Assembly (NCBI GenBank): GCA_030024085.1
Contig: JASEJE010000012.1
Span: 5,092-69,091 of the forward strand
Source of the DNA: Bacillota bacterium
Lineage (GTDB): Bacteria > Bacillota > SHA-98 > UBA4971
Reading direction: 5' to 3'
DNA: 64,000 nucleotides
Numbering within the stretch: the first letter of the stretch is position 1; the number at the start of each line of letters is the position of its first letter. The translations under genes and the position numbers were made by a program. The notes below the pieces were generated by a model that searched no databases, had not been told where the DNA came from, and was given only the letters and a program-made list of their open reading frames with translations. Below, in pieces: positions 27,328-39,286 of this stretch.

Positions 27328-28005
27328 GAGACTGCATCCCCCGCCTTTATTCAGCTCGCATCACCGCGGCATCTCGCCATAATGGTGCCGCTCCCGCAGT
27401 CTTGCTGAACAATTATACCTTCCCCATCAGTCGGTCGCAAGGAGGCGGACCGGTGCGCCGGTGTGCCGGTACGTCGGAATTATCGCCATACATCCTACCA
27501 TTGCGACTACGGATTGTCAGCACCTCTGAAAGATCTGCCGGGAGGAATTCGCCTGGTGTCGGCGAATATTGATCGGAGATGCAGCGGCATGCGTCTCGCG
27601 GCACCGCGTCGACTGCGGGGATGGCGGGTTCAACCCACGGGTGCCAAGCGCCCGCGGTCGGCCCGCCAGTGTCGCCGCGCGGGAGCTCGTCATCACCGGG
27701 TCTGGCTAGGGCCCTCACGAGGGGCTTTGCCTGTTTCGATGGTCTCTCCGGACAGGGAGCATGAGAAAGTGCCGTCTGGCCGACGCTGGTTTCGGATGGC
27801 CTCCGCGCCCCGCACACCCTCGACAGAAGGCCTGGGGCCTGTAGACCTGTGAGGATCGACTCGACGCCGGAAGGGAGTGATGGCCTACTGGTTGCGAAGT
27901 AACCTGACGCTTCCAAAGGCAGGTATACGGGAAACCCGCATTGCACGAAGCAGGCAGTGATTACCTGCGAGCAAGGCGAGCGAGAACCATAAGGAGGTAA
28001 CGTGG

Positions 28006-29682
28006 ATGAGAAGAGTGCTTGTTGTGCTCGTGGCCGCCGTTGTGCTTGCGACCATGAGCGTCGGGCTTGTCAGTGCAGCCAAACCCCTGCCGAAGCTGGT
28101 ACTGCTTTCGGGCGACTCCCAGATCGCCAGGCTGTACGCCCAGGGAGTCCAGGAAATGATCAGAAAGAACCTGGGCCTCCCTCTTGAGATCGAGGCTGTT
28201 GACTTCAAGACAAGACTCCAGAAGATGAGAAATAAGGACTTCCAGATCGTGTTCGCCGGGTGGGGCGCCGACTATGATGATCCCATGACCTTCCTCGACA
28301 TGTGGATCACCGATGGGCCTTTCAACGACGTCATGTGGAGCAACTCCAGCTATGACAAGCTCATCCAGGTGGCGAAGACTTCTTCTGACGAGAAGGTCCG
28401 CATGGATGCCATGGCCAAGGCTGAGAAGATCCTCATCGGCGAGACGCCAATTGCGCCTCTCTACTGGCCGGCCTGGAACTTCGTAGAGCATCCCTACGTC
28501 AAGAACGTCATCCGCAAGACCGTCGGATCTGACTTCGAATGGAAGTGGGCCTACACCGAGGGGCGTCCGGGCGGCGACAAGGACCAGTTCCTCCGCATGA
28601 ACTTCGGCGAGGAGCCGCCGGACCTCGACCCGGCCACGTCCACCGACCAGGTATCCTTCTGGGTCATCAACGCAACATACGAGGGCCTTGCCAGGAAGAA
28701 CGCGGAGATGAAGATCCTCCAGGGTTCCGGCCTCGCCGAGAGCTGGACCGTATCGAAGGATCGTAAGGTGTACACCTTCAAGCTCCGCGATGCAAAGTGG
28801 AGCGACGGACAGCCCGTCACCGCGTACGACTTCGAGTTCGGCTGGAAGAGGGCCATCGACCCGCGCACGGCATCGCAGTATGCGTACATGATGTACGTCC
28901 TCAAGAACGCCGAGAAAGTCAACGGCATGGAGGTTCCCGACGACAAGGATGCCAAGAAGGCCGAGAAGAACAAGGCCATCGACGACGCGCTTGCAACCGT
29001 CGGCGTGAAGGCCCTCGATGCAAAGACTCTCCGTGTGGAACTCGAGGCGGCCACCCCGTTCTTCCTCGACCTCATCACCTTCATCACCTACATGCCCAGC
29101 CCCAAGCACATGGTGGAGAAACTCGGCGACGAGTACGCCTCCGAGGTCGACAAGATGGTGGCGTGCGGTCCCTTCAAGGTCACCAAGTGGCAGCATGAAT
29201 ACAAGATCACCCTCGAGAAGAACCCCGCGTACTGGGATGCCAAGTCCGTCAAGCTGCAGCGGATCGAGGCCGACATGATCAAGGATATCGCGACCCCGCT
29301 CAACATGTTCGACGCGGGAGAGCTCGACCTCGTCGGCGTGCCCGGCACCTATATCGAGCAGTACCGGAACAAGGGCATGAGAACCATCGCCGAGGCCACT
29401 GCCTGGTACCTCGAGTTCAACTGCAAGCATGAGATCTTCAAGAACGCGAAGGTCCGCAGGGCTTTCTCCCTCGCCCTCGACAGACAGGCCTACGTCGACT
29501 ACGTGCTGAAGAACGGCTCGCTGCCGGCGACCTCGCTCGTGCCGCCAACCATCCACGGCAAGGACGGCGTGTCGTTCCACGACGTGTACGTGGGTGACCT
29601 GCTGCCCAAGAAGGCCGACATCAAGCTGGCAAAGCAGCTCCTGGCGGAAGGCCTGGCCGAGCTGGGCTACGCCATGCCTTGA
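28006..29682 (+). CDS. ABC transporter family-5 (OppA/DppA-type) solute-binding protein, circularly permuted domain order
   Basis: RBS AAGGAGG, then a signal peptide. Residues ~30-190 match the usual C-terminal segment (GWGADYDDPMTFLDMW...APLYWP). Residues ~195-558 match the usual N-terminus to middle (NFGEEPPDLDPATSTD...LAESWTVSKDRKVYTFKLRD...). The protein ends at AKQLLAEGLAELGY. Confidence 0.88.
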   Translation: MRRVLVVLVAAVVLATMSVGLVSAAKPLPKLVLLSGDSQIARLYAQGVQEMIRKNLGLPLEIEAVDFKTRLQKMRNKDFQIVFAGWGADYDDPMTFLDMWITDGPFNDVMWSNSSYDKLIQVAKTSSDEKVRMDAMAKAEKILIGETPIAPLYWPAWNFVEHPYVKNVIRKTVGSDFEWKWAYTEGRPGGDKDQFLRMNFGEEPPDLDPATSTDQVSFWVINATYEGLARKNAEMKILQGSGLAESWTVSKDRKVYTFKLRDAKWSDGQPVTAYDFEFGWKRAIDPRTASQYAYMMYVLKNAEKVNGMEVPDDKDAKKAEKNKAIDDALATVGVKALDAKTLRVELEAATPFFLDLITFITYMPSPKHMVEKLGDEYASEVDKMVACGPFKVTKWQHEYKITLEKNPAYWDAKSVKLQRIEADMIKDIATPLNMFDAGELDLVGVPGTYIEQYRNKGMRTIAEATAWYLEFNCKHEIFKNAKVRRAFSLALDRQAYVDYVLKNGSLPATSLVPPTIHGKDGVSFHDVYVGDLLPKKADIKLAKQLLAEGLAELGYAMP

Positions 29683-29901
29683 GCGCCGGCGGGCGGCGCG
29701 ACCGAGTGATAGAGTCGGGCTTACGGCCGTAATCCGTTGAGGGACGTCGAACTCCTCCGCAAGTACGGCCGGGCCGGCATGGGACTATCCCGATAGGAAG
29801 GCGGCGAGGCCCTGCGCCGGGAGAGCAGGGCCTCGCTGTCGCCGGATGCGATTCTGTGGTGATCGCGATTGCAGTTCAGTCGCGACAAGGGAGTGGGTGT
29901 T

Positions 29902-30828
29902 TTGGGACGCTACATACTCAGGCGGTTCGGGCTGATGCTCGCCGCACTCTGGATAATCGTCACGGCGACCTTCTTCTTGATGCACTCCATCCCAGGCGAC
30001 CCGTTCCTGGGCGACAAGGTGACCGAGGCGATTCGCCAGAACATGCTGCGCAAGTACGGCCTCGATAAACCTCTCTGGGAGCAGTACGTGATCTACCTCG
30101 GAAACCTCCTGCGCGGCGATTTCGGCACCTCCCTCAAGATGCTCCACCGTTCTGTGAACGACATGATCCGCGACGGATTCCCCGTCTCGGCGCTGCTCGG
30201 TCTCGAGGCGCTCGCGTATGCGGTGACCATCGGCCTCGTGTTGGGTACCCTCGCAGGGTTCAGGCACAATACGTGGCTCGACTACCTTGCGATGTTCGTG
30301 GCGCTCATAGGCATATCAGTGCCGGGGTTCATCATGGGCGGCCTCATGCAGTACGTCATCGGCCTCAAGCTCGGGTGGCTCCCGATAGCGCGGTGGGAGG
30401 GGTTCAGGTATACGATCATGCCCGCCGCCGCCCTGGGCCTCGGCACGCTCGCGGTCATGGCGAGGATGATGCGCACGAGCGTGCTTGAAGTCACAAACCA
30501 GGACTACATAAAGACTGCCAAGGCGAAGGGCCTCTCGCAAAGAGAGATCGTCTTCCGGCACATTCTCCGGAACGCGATCCTCCCGATCGTGACCATCCTG
30601 GGTCCGCTTACCGCGGGCATCGTGACAGGCAGCTTCGTCATCGAGCTGATATTCGGGATACCGGGGCTCGGCAAGTATTACGTGCAGAGCATCTTCAACC
30701 GGGACTACACCCTCATCCTGGGGACGACGATCTTCTACGCCGTTCTCCTGGTGTTCCTGAACTTCCTGGTTGATGTGGCCTACGGAATCGTCGATCCGCG
30801 GATCCGGCTCATGAGAAGCAGGGAGTGA
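29902..30828 (+). CDS. Peptide ABC transporter permease (OppB/DppB-like)
   Basis: GRYILRRFGLMLAALWIIVTATFFLMHSIPGDP N-terminus. I chose the TTG at 29902 after an AAGGGAG RBS; the ORF is open from 29869. Confidence 0.9.
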   Translation: MGRYILRRFGLMLAALWIIVTATFFLMHSIPGDPFLGDKVTEAIRQNMLRKYGLDKPLWEQYVIYLGNLLRGDFGTSLKMLHRSVNDMIRDGFPVSALLGLEALAYAVTIGLVLGTLAGFRHNTWLDYLAMFVALIGISVPGFIMGGLMQYVIGLKLGWLPIARWEGFRYTIMPAAALGLGTLAVMARMMRTSVLEVTNQDYIKTAKAKGLSQREIVFRHILRNAILPIVTILGPLTAGIVTGSFVIELIFGIPGLGKYYVQSIFNRDYTLILGTTIFYAVLLVFLNFLVDVAYGIVDPRIRLMRSRE

Positions 30829-31760
30829 TGAGATTGGCATCAGCGCAAGAGATAACCCGGGATATGTTCGAACCGTTGCAGCTCGGAGCCGGCGAGGGCG
30901 AGGCGATCACGCGCCCTCCCATAAGCTACTGGCGGGAGGTTGTGAGGCGCTTCAGGCGCAACCGCCTTGCCGTGGTGGGCCTCGTCATCCTCATCGCCCT
31001 CCTCGTATTCGCATTCGCAGGTCCGCTCTTCACACACTGGGACCCGAGGGAGCAGAGCCTGTTCGACACGAACAAGCCGCCGTCTGGAGAGCACTGGTTC
31101 GGCACCGACAACCTCGGGCGCGACATGTTCGCGAGGCTGTGCTACGGCACCAAGGTCTCGCTCTTCGTGGGAGTCATGGCAGCCTTAATTGACCTCGTGG
31201 TTGGCGTGATCTACGGCGGCATTTCGGGGTACTTCGGCGGCGCGGTGGACGACGTCATGATGAGGGTCGTGGACATACTCTACGGCATCCCGTACATCAT
31301 CGTCGCCATCCTGCTCCTCGTGGTCATCGGGCCAGGCCTCTGGTCGGTAATCCTGGCCATGACCATCACCGGATGGGTCGGCATGGCGAGGCTGGTCCGC
31401 GGCCAGGTGCTCCAGCTCAAAGAGCAGGAGTATGTGCTGGCGGCAAGGGCCCTTGGCGCAAGCCACCTCGGGATCATCCTCCGGCATCTCATCCCGAATG
31501 CCATGGGCGTCATCATCGTTCAGATGACTTTCACGATACCTGGAGCGATATTCGGCGAGGCGTTCCTGAGCTTCATCGGGCTCGGGGTGCCACTGCCCCT
31601 CGCAAGCCTCGGCACCATGGCGAACGACGGGTACCAGTATCTCCGGATATACCCCTACCAGTTGATCATTCCTGCAATCGCAATCATCATGACGATGCTC
31701 GGGTTCAACTTCGTGGGCGACGGCCTGCGAGACGCGCTTGACCCGAAGCTACGGAGGTGA
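30828..31760 (+). CDS. Peptide ABC transporter permease (OppC/DppC-like)
   Basis: OppC-type N-terminal region followed by a BPD-transporter domain. Its ATG overlaps the upstream stop (TGATG). Confidence 0.9.
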   Translation: MRLASAQEITRDMFEPLQLGAGEGEAITRPPISYWREVVRRFRRNRLAVVGLVILIALLVFAFAGPLFTHWDPREQSLFDTNKPPSGEHWFGTDNLGRDMFARLCYGTKVSLFVGVMAALIDLVVGVIYGGISGYFGGAVDDVMMRVVDILYGIPYIIVAILLLVVIGPGLWSVILAMTITGWVGMARLVRGQVLQLKEQEYVLAARALGASHLGIILRHLIPNAMGVIIVQMTFTIPGAIFGEAFLSFIGLGVPLPLASLGTMANDGYQYLRIYPYQLIIPAIAIIMTMLGFNFVGDGLRDALDPKLRR

Positions 31761-31765
31761 GAGGG

Positions 31766-32812
31766 ATGGCCGGAGAAAGGCTTCTTGACGTCAAGGACCT
31801 GGAGGTTTCCTTCTACACCTACGCCGGCAAGGTCCACGCGGTGCGCGGCGTTTCGTTCCACGTCAACAGGGGCGAAACCCTGGCGATCGTGGGCGAATCA
31901 GGCTGCGGCAAAACCGTCTCCGTGCAGTCGACCATCAAGCTGATACCGATGCCTCCGGGAAAGATCGAGGGAGGCACGGTGCTTTTCGACGGCAAGGATC
32001 TCACTGCCATGAGCGACCGCGACCTCCAGAGTGTGAGAGGCGCAGAGATCGGAGTGATATTCCAGGACCCCATGACATCGCTCAACCCCACGATGACGGT
32101 GGGAAGGCAGATCACAGAGGGCCTCATAAAGCACCAGAAGCTCAGCGCCGAGAAGGCGAGGCAGCGCGCCATCGAGATGCTGTCGCTGGTCGAGATGCCG
32201 AACCCGAGGGAGAGGTTCCGCCAGTATCCACACCAGTTCAGCGGCGGAATGAGACAGCGGGTCATGATCGCCATCGCGCTATCGTGTAACCCCAAACTCC
32301 TCATCGCGGACGAGCCCACCACGGGCCTCGACGTGACCATCCAGGCTCAGATACTCGACCTCATGAAGAGCCTGCAAACAAGGATGAACACTTCCATAAT
32401 CCTGATAACCCATGACCTCGGCGTGGTCTCGAAGCTCGCTGACAGGATAGTGGTCATGTATGCGGGAAAGGTGGCCGAGGCCGGCAGCTCCGAGGATATC
32501 TTCTATGACGCTCAGCATCCATACACGCAGGCCCTCCTGAAGTCGGTACCGAGGCTTCACGAGGAGGCCAGGAGGGATCTCCTGGCGATCCCCGGAACAC
32601 CTCCGGATCTCTTCGTGCCTCCGAAAGGGTGCGCCTTCGCGCCCCGCTGCGGCTACGCGATGAGAGTGTGCCTGGACCACCAGCCCGGGGCCTTCCCGGC
32701 AGGAGACAACCACGCCGTGGCCTGCTGGCTCATGGACCCCAGGGCGGCGCATGTCAGGGACGGACACGCCGGCAGGGCCGAGGCTGCCGGGGCCAGGGGA
32801 GGCGCAAGCTGA
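31766..32812 (+). CDS. Peptide ABC transporter ATP-binding protein (OppD-like)
   Basis: Walker A GESGCGKT, signature FSGGMRQR, Walker B LLIADEPTT, and an oligopeptide-type C-terminal Cys motif. Confidence 0.93.
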   Translation: MAGERLLDVKDLEVSFYTYAGKVHAVRGVSFHVNRGETLAIVGESGCGKTVSVQSTIKLIPMPPGKIEGGTVLFDGKDLTAMSDRDLQSVRGAEIGVIFQDPMTSLNPTMTVGRQITEGLIKHQKLSAEKARQRAIEMLSLVEMPNPRERFRQYPHQFSGGMRQRVMIAIALSCNPKLLIADEPTTGLDVTIQAQILDLMKSLQTRMNTSIILITHDLGVVSKLADRIVVMYAGKVAEAGSSEDIFYDAQHPYTQALLKSVPRLHEEARRDLLAIPGTPPDLFVPPKGCAFAPRCGYAMRVCLDHQPGAFPAGDNHAVACWLMDPRAAHVRDGHAGRAEAAGARGGAS

Positions 32813-33783
32813 TGGTTCAAGATACGCATGCTCATGATGTAGTGCTCGAGGTCATAAACCTCAAGAAGTACTTTCAGTTCAGCCGCAAGGCCGTGCTGAA
32901 GGCCGTCGACGACGTGACTTTCTCCGTGAAGAAGGGCGAGGTCTTCGGCCTCGTGGGCGAGAGCGGCTGCGGCAAGACCACCGCGGGCCGCACCATCGTG
33001 GGGCTGTACACCCCCACAAGCGGCAGGATCGTGTATGAAGGAGAAGACGTAAGCAAGCTGCGCGGGGCCGATGTCAAACGGTTCAAGCGCCACATGCAGA
33101 TAATCTTCCAGGACCCGTATGCCTCGCTCGACCCGCGGATGACGGTGGGGGACATCATAGGAGAGGCTCTCGACATCCACGGTCTGGCCACGGGCAGGGA
33201 CCGTCTCGCGCGGATACATGAACTCCTCGACGTCGTAGGACTGTCGGCGGAGCACGCCAACAGATTCCCGCACGAGTTCTCCGGCGGTCAGCGCCAGCGC
33301 ATCGGGATAGCGCGCGCCCTCGCCGTGGACCCGAAGTTCATCGTCGCGGACGAGCCCATCTCGGCGCTGGACGTCTCGATCCAGGCCCAGGTCGTGAACC
33401 TTCTCTCGCGGCTGCGCGAAGAGAGGGGCCTCACGTACATCTTCATCGCTCATGACCTGGCCATGGTGAAGCATCTATCCGACAACGTCGGCGTGATGTA
33501 CCTCGGCAGGCTGGTTGAGCTTGCCCCCAGTGCGGAGCTGTACAAGAACCCGGTGCACCCTTACACCCAGGGCCTCCTGTCGGCTATTCCCATCCCGGAC
33601 CCCAGGGTTGAAAGGGAGAGGAAACGGATCGTGCTGGAGGGCGAGGTCCCGAGCCCTGTCAACCCGCCGAGGGGTTGCAGGTTCCAGACGCGGTGCAGGA
33701 CCGTAAAGCCCATATGCCGGGAGGAAGACCCGAAGCTCAAACAGGTGGCGCCGGGCCACTTTGCAGCGTGCCACCTTTACTAA
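32812..33783 (+). CDS. Peptide ABC transporter ATP-binding protein (OppF-like)
   Basis: Walker A GESGCGKTT, FSGGQRQRIGIARAL, FIVADEPISALD. Its ATG overlaps the OppD stop. Confidence 0.93.
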   Translation: MVQDTHAHDVVLEVINLKKYFQFSRKAVLKAVDDVTFSVKKGEVFGLVGESGCGKTTAGRTIVGLYTPTSGRIVYEGEDVSKLRGADVKRFKRHMQIIFQDPYASLDPRMTVGDIIGEALDIHGLATGRDRLARIHELLDVVGLSAEHANRFPHEFSGGQRQRIGIARALAVDPKFIVADEPISALDVSIQAQVVNLLSRLREERGLTYIFIAHDLAMVKHLSDNVGVMYLGRLVELAPSAELYKNPVHPYTQGLLSAIPIPDPRVERERKRIVLEGEVPSPVNPPRGCRFQTRCRTVKPICREEDPKLKQVAPGHFAACHLY

Positions 33784-33972
33784 GTGCGGGTTCGCAAATC
33801 ACGGCCACTTTTCCAGGGGGTTGCCGGTGCTGCACTCCGGGTGCGCCGCGCTTGCGGCGCGCCTCGTTAGAGCTGGCATTCGGGCTTGCCAAATCGAGAG
33901 CGCCCCGTCGTGCAAGCACCGTCAACCCGGAAGCTTCTCCCAAACCGGCATGGATTTGTGAACTCACACTCA
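33781..33972. repeat. Palindromic intergenic element, copy B (type 2)
   Basis: TAAGTGCGGGTTCGCAAATCACGGCC...GTTGCCGGTGCTGCAC...GGCGCGCTTGCGGCGCGCC...GTGCAAGCACCGTCAAC...GGATTTGTGAACTCACAC. The termini are inverted repeats. Its first TAA is the oppF stop codon. Confidence 0.8.
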
Positions 33973-34172
33973 AGACCAGGCCGCCTTTGCCAGGCCTCCT
34001 GTGCTGGGTGACCGGCTTCGGATCCTACCCTGGGCGCACAGGCCACCCGCGACTCTGCGGGTTTGCTTGCACCGCCTGTCTGGGGCCGGCAGCTGGCTCG
34101 GCCCAGGATAGTTCACGGCCGCCGCGCGACACCAGTTGAGATCCGGACCAGGCGAGGTCGGCTGACCCTCCC

Positions 34173-35483
34173 CTATCTCAGCGCCCTTACGTTCTCCGCA
34201 AACTCCGACTTCACCACGAGTTGACGGAACTCCTCGTTGTTCTTCGTGTGATGGAGCCGCTCCAGCATGAGTTCGGTCATCTCCGCGGTGCCAAGGTTCC
34301 CCATGGCCCGGCGCAGCACGTACATCATGTCGAGCTCTTCCTCGGTCAAGAGGAGCTCCTCCTTGCGCGTTCCCGACCTGTTTATGTCGATCGCCGGGAA
34401 GATGCGCCGCTCAGACAGCTTCCGATCGAGGTGCAGCTCCATGTTGCCCGTGCCCTTGAATTCCTCGTAGATGACGTCGTCCATGCGGCTTCCGGTCTCG
34501 ACCAGGGCGGTCGCCAGGATGGTGAGGCTGCCCCCCTCCTCGATGTTGCGCGCCGCTCCGAAGAACCGCTTGGGGCTGCGGAGCGCGTTCGGGTCGAGGC
34601 CTCCCGACAGCGTGCGCCCGCTTGGTGGCTCGACCACGTTGTACGCACGCGCCAGACGCGTGATGCTGTCCATGAGGATCACCACGTCTTTGCCGTGCTC
34701 CACCAGCCGCTTCGCGCGTTCGAGCACCATCTCGGCCACACGGATGTGGTTCTCCGGCGGAAGGTCGAAGGTCGAACTCGTCACGAGACCCTTCACCGAC
34801 CGCTCCATATCAGTGACCTCCTCCGGGCGCTCGTCGACGAGGAGCACCAGGAGTTCCACCTCGGGGTGATTGGTTGTTACGGCGTTCGCGAGCTTCTTGA
34901 GGACCGTCGTCTTGCCGGCCTTCGGAGGAGATACTATGAGGCCGCGCTGTCCCTTGCCGAGCGGCGCGATGAGGTCGATCATGCGGGTGGTTATCTCCTT
35001 CGATGTCGTCTCCAGGCGCAGGCGCTCGTTGGGGTATATCGGCGTCAGGTCCTCGAAGAACAGCCTCCTCGTGGCCATCTCGGGGTCTGTACCGTTCACC
35101 GCCTCTACCCTTAGAAGAGCGAAGTACTTTTCGCTTTCCTTCGGCGGCCTTACCTGGCCGGAGATCATGTCGCCGGTGCGCAGGGCAAACCGCCTGATCT
35201 GGGAGGGAGAAACGTATATATCGTCGGGGCTGGGGTTGAGCCCTGACACCCTGAGGAATCCAAACCCCTCCGCCATGATCTCCAGGATACCCTGGGCGAA
35301 GATGAGGCCCTCTTTCTCGGCCCGCACCTTCAGGATTTCAAAGATCAGGTCTTTCTTCCTGAGTTTCGTCGGGCTTATGATCCCGAGGTCCTTTGCGATT
35401 TCGTACAGGTCGTGGATGGTCTTGGCCTCCAGATCGCTGATGTTCATCGACTCCTCGGGAATGCCCTGTCCATTTCGTGCCAT
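34173..35483 (-). CDS. rho: Transcription termination factor Rho
   Basis: N-terminal [23 protein letters not shown], an RNA-binding domain, Walker A SPPKAGKT, and the C-terminal ATPase. The start may be the internal ATG at 35447. Confidence 0.96.
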   Translation of the reverse strand: MARNGQGIPEESMNISDLEAKTIHDLYEIAKDLGIISPTKLRKKDLIFEILKVRAEKEGLIFAQGILEIMAEGFGFLRVSGLNPSPDDIYVSPSQIRRFALRTGDMISGQVRPPKESEKYFALLRVEAVNGTDPEMATRRLFFEDLTPIYPNERLRLETTSKEITTRMIDLIAPLGKGQRGLIVSPPKAGKTTVLKKLANAVTTNHPEVELLVLLVDERPEEVTDMERSVKGLVTSSTFDLPPENHIRVAEMVLERAKRLVEHGKDVVILMDSITRLARAYNVVEPPSGRTLSGGLDPNALRSPKRFFGAARNIEEGGSLTILATALVETGSRMDDVIYEEFKGTGNMELHLDRKLSERRIFPAIDINRSGTRKEELLLTEEELDMMYVLRRAMGNLGTAEMTELMLERLHHTKNNEEFRQLVVKSEFAENVRALR

Positions 35484-35721
35484 CGATATATCCAGTCCTT
35501 TCGTTATAGATTCATCCGGTTATCGGCTCCATGCCCTCCAGGCCACGAGACGCTCGCCATGGGATTACGGAGCCATGCCACGGGAACGACCGTCAAGGTC
35601 GCATGATAGAAGGTTAACAAGAGGAACAGTTTAGGAAATACGTGAAAAAGATGATAGCGCCAACACCTCAAGTGCCTGGCAACAACACGCAGCGTCAGTG
35701 GAGGCCTGGTCACACACCGGT

Positions 35722-35730
35722 ATTATAGCA
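35722..35730 (-). promoter_or_regulatory. Candidate extended -10 (TGCTATAAT) for rho, implying a ~240-nt leader
   Basis: The minus strand reads TGCTATAAT. The identical 9-mer occurs upstream of argS. Confidence 0.4.
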
Positions 35731-35909
35731 TTGCCAGGGGGATTACGTAAAATCCAGGAACACCTCTTGCGATACCGGGGCATCCACCCCTTGCCAAGGG
35801 ACAAGAAGGCTCGACATGTCGAACGCGGGATGGCACGCATGACCCGTTTTGATACTTCGCCACAGAAACGGCAATTCCTTCCGCTTCGCTCGGTGGGATC
35901 CCTGCGAAA

Positions 35910-37580
<1,671 letters not shown>

Positions 37581-37591
37581 CTACAAGGCCA

Positions 37592-37775
37592 TGTGCAGGT
37601 TCAGGTTCAGGTTCAGAAATCGGCGCCGCTTTGCGAGTCGCTGCCAGTCATGCAACGCAGGGACGGCGCGCTTGCAGCGCGCCTCGTCACATCCGACGCC
37701 CAGGGGCTGCCACACCCTGAACGCCCCGTTGCGCAATCACCGGCAACCCGGGACGAAGCTGCGAACCCCACACTT
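37592..37775. repeat. Palindromic intergenic element, copy E (type 2), with an AGGTTC x3 microsatellite at one terminus
   Basis: GTGCAGGTTC(AGGTTC)2AGAAATCGGCGCC...GGCGCGCTTGCAGCGCGCC...GGCAACCCGGG...GCGAACCCCACACTT. Related to copies A and B. It lies between pyrG and the MBL hydrolase gene. Confidence 0.7.
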
Positions 37776-37783
37776 GGAGAGCT

Positions 37784-38512
37784 TTATCTATAGTCCAGTA
37801 CGTACACAATTGTAGCCTTCGGCAGCGACGCGGCACTGAGACGGACCTCGTTCGAGTCGCACCTGACCACGTTGTCGAGGCCTTTCAGGAACACGTCAAC
37901 CCCCGCAATAGGGATCTGGACGGCTGCGGTCTTGTAGTGCATTGGGATCACCACCCGCGGCGAGGTCGCTTCGACCAACCGTTTGGCCCCGGCGGCATCG
38001 ATAGTGTACGTGCCGCCTACAGGCACAAACAAGACGTCGACCCTGCCTATGTCGTCCAGTTGGCGCCTGGAGAGGTCATGGCCGATGTCGCCCATGTGCA
38101 CCAGCCTCACGCCGTCGACCTCCATGACGAAGATGGTGTTCGGTCCGCGTTTCGCGCCCTGCTCGGTGTCGTGGAAGCTGGCAACAGGGTAGATCTTGAC
38201 CCCGTCTTTCTCGTACCGGCCGTTCCCTTTCAGCACGGTCGGGTTGCCGCGCGCCGCGGACACGTTGTTGTGGTCGAAATGGTCGTGGCTCGAGGTCACC
38301 ACGTCTGCCTCGGCCTGCGGCACAGGATAGCCAACCGTGGAATCGAAGGGGTCAGTCAGGATCCTGACACCACTCGGCGAGGTGATGAGGAAACATGCGT
38401 GTCCGAACCACCTGACCGTGATCTCGCCGCGGGACGCAGCCCTGGCCGCGCCGCCCACGAGACACCCTGCCGCGACAACCGCCGCACCAGCCAGAACCAC
38501 CTTCGCAACCAC
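37784..38512 (-). CDS. MBL-fold metallo-hydrolase, probably a lipoprotein or secreted
   Basis: Signal peptide with AAGC (lipobox-like), and SSHDHFDH as the HxHxDH metal motif. Confidence 0.8.
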   Translation of the reverse strand: MVAKVVLAGAAVVAAGCLVGGAARAASRGEITVRWFGHACFLITSPSGVRILTDPFDSTVGYPVPQAEADVVTSSHDHFDHNNVSAARGNPTVLKGNGRYEKDGVKIYPVASFHDTEQGAKRGPNTIFVMEVDGVRLVHMGDIGHDLSRRQLDDIGRVDVLFVPVGGTYTIDAAGAKRLVEATSPRVVIPMHYKTAAVQIPIAGVDVFLKGLDNVVRCDSNEVRLSAASLPKATIVYVLDYR

Positions 38513-38524
38513 AGAAACACCCCC

Positions 38525-39286
38525 TCACTCTTTGGCTTCCGAATCTACCTCGGGCGATGACTCGTCGTCATCGAGCACCCCGTACTTCTCAAGGAGCGAC
38601 CTCGTGGCCCGGTTGCTCGCAAAGGCGATGACGCCCATGTATAACAGGCTGAAGGCTGGAGCCAGGACCACGGAGAGAACCGTCACGGCCGCCTCGAACA
38701 ACACGACGAGCAGCGAATAGAACGGGTTCGCCAGCGCAAGCAGCGCGGCCCTCTTGAAGACCTTGCGAAACCCGGTATCCTGCTGCACCATGATAGCAGG
38801 CAAATACGGCGCCATCATTGCCATGAAGATCAGAGCGTACAGCCACAAGCCCCCGATGATCTTGAACGCTACGCCCGGCCTCGTAATGAACCAGATGATG
38901 TCGACTACGACGATCGTCCCAAGGCCGACGGCTGTCGCGGCGATCGCGAGCGAGCGCAGGGAGAAACGCCTGAGACCCTCGACGAAGTCGCGAGGCGTAA
39001 CGTCCTGCCCCTTCATTATGAGTGCCATCACGTGAAAGGCCGCCCCTTGTGGGGGGGCGGCGAGGATCACCAGCACCGGCACCATGACGATGAGGGACTT
39101 GATAAAGAGGCTCAACAGGAGCGCGCCGCAGGCGAACCACCCGAACCACGCAAGGCTAACGAGCACCACGGTGCCGAGGTACCCGTAGGCGTCTCTCACC
39201 GACCCCCCTACCACGGCACCTGCCCTTACTACTTCTTCTCTGGGTCCTGACATCGCAACCTCCGGGTGCCGGCACTCCGCGCTCAC
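38525..39286 (-). CDS. Integral membrane protein (possibly DUF624/YesL-like)
   Basis: 5-6 predicted TM helices and an acidic C-terminal tail. The family call is weak. Confidence 0.55.
   Translation of the reverse strand: MSAECRHPEVAMSGPREEVVRAGAVVGGSVRDAYGYLGTVVLVSLAWFGWFACGALLLSLFIKSLIVMVPVLVILAAPPQGAAFHVMALIMKGQDVTPRDFVEGLRRFSLRSLAIAATAVGLGTIVVVDIIWFITRPGVAFKIIGGLWLYALIFMAMMAPYLPAIMVQQDTGFRKVFKRAALLALANPFYSLLVVLFEAAVTVLSVVLAPAFSLLYMGVIAFASNRATRSLLEKYGVLDDDESSPEVDSEAKE

Noticed and set aside
27328-28005. Known structured RNAs in the long opp leader: RNase P, tmRNA, cobalamin or ydaO/c-di-AMP riboswitch.
   Set aside because: Only short, partial resemblances are present (for example GAGAAAGTGCC and GGGTTCAACCC). 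The conserved cores of these families are absent by eye. This needs an Infernal scan to be sure.
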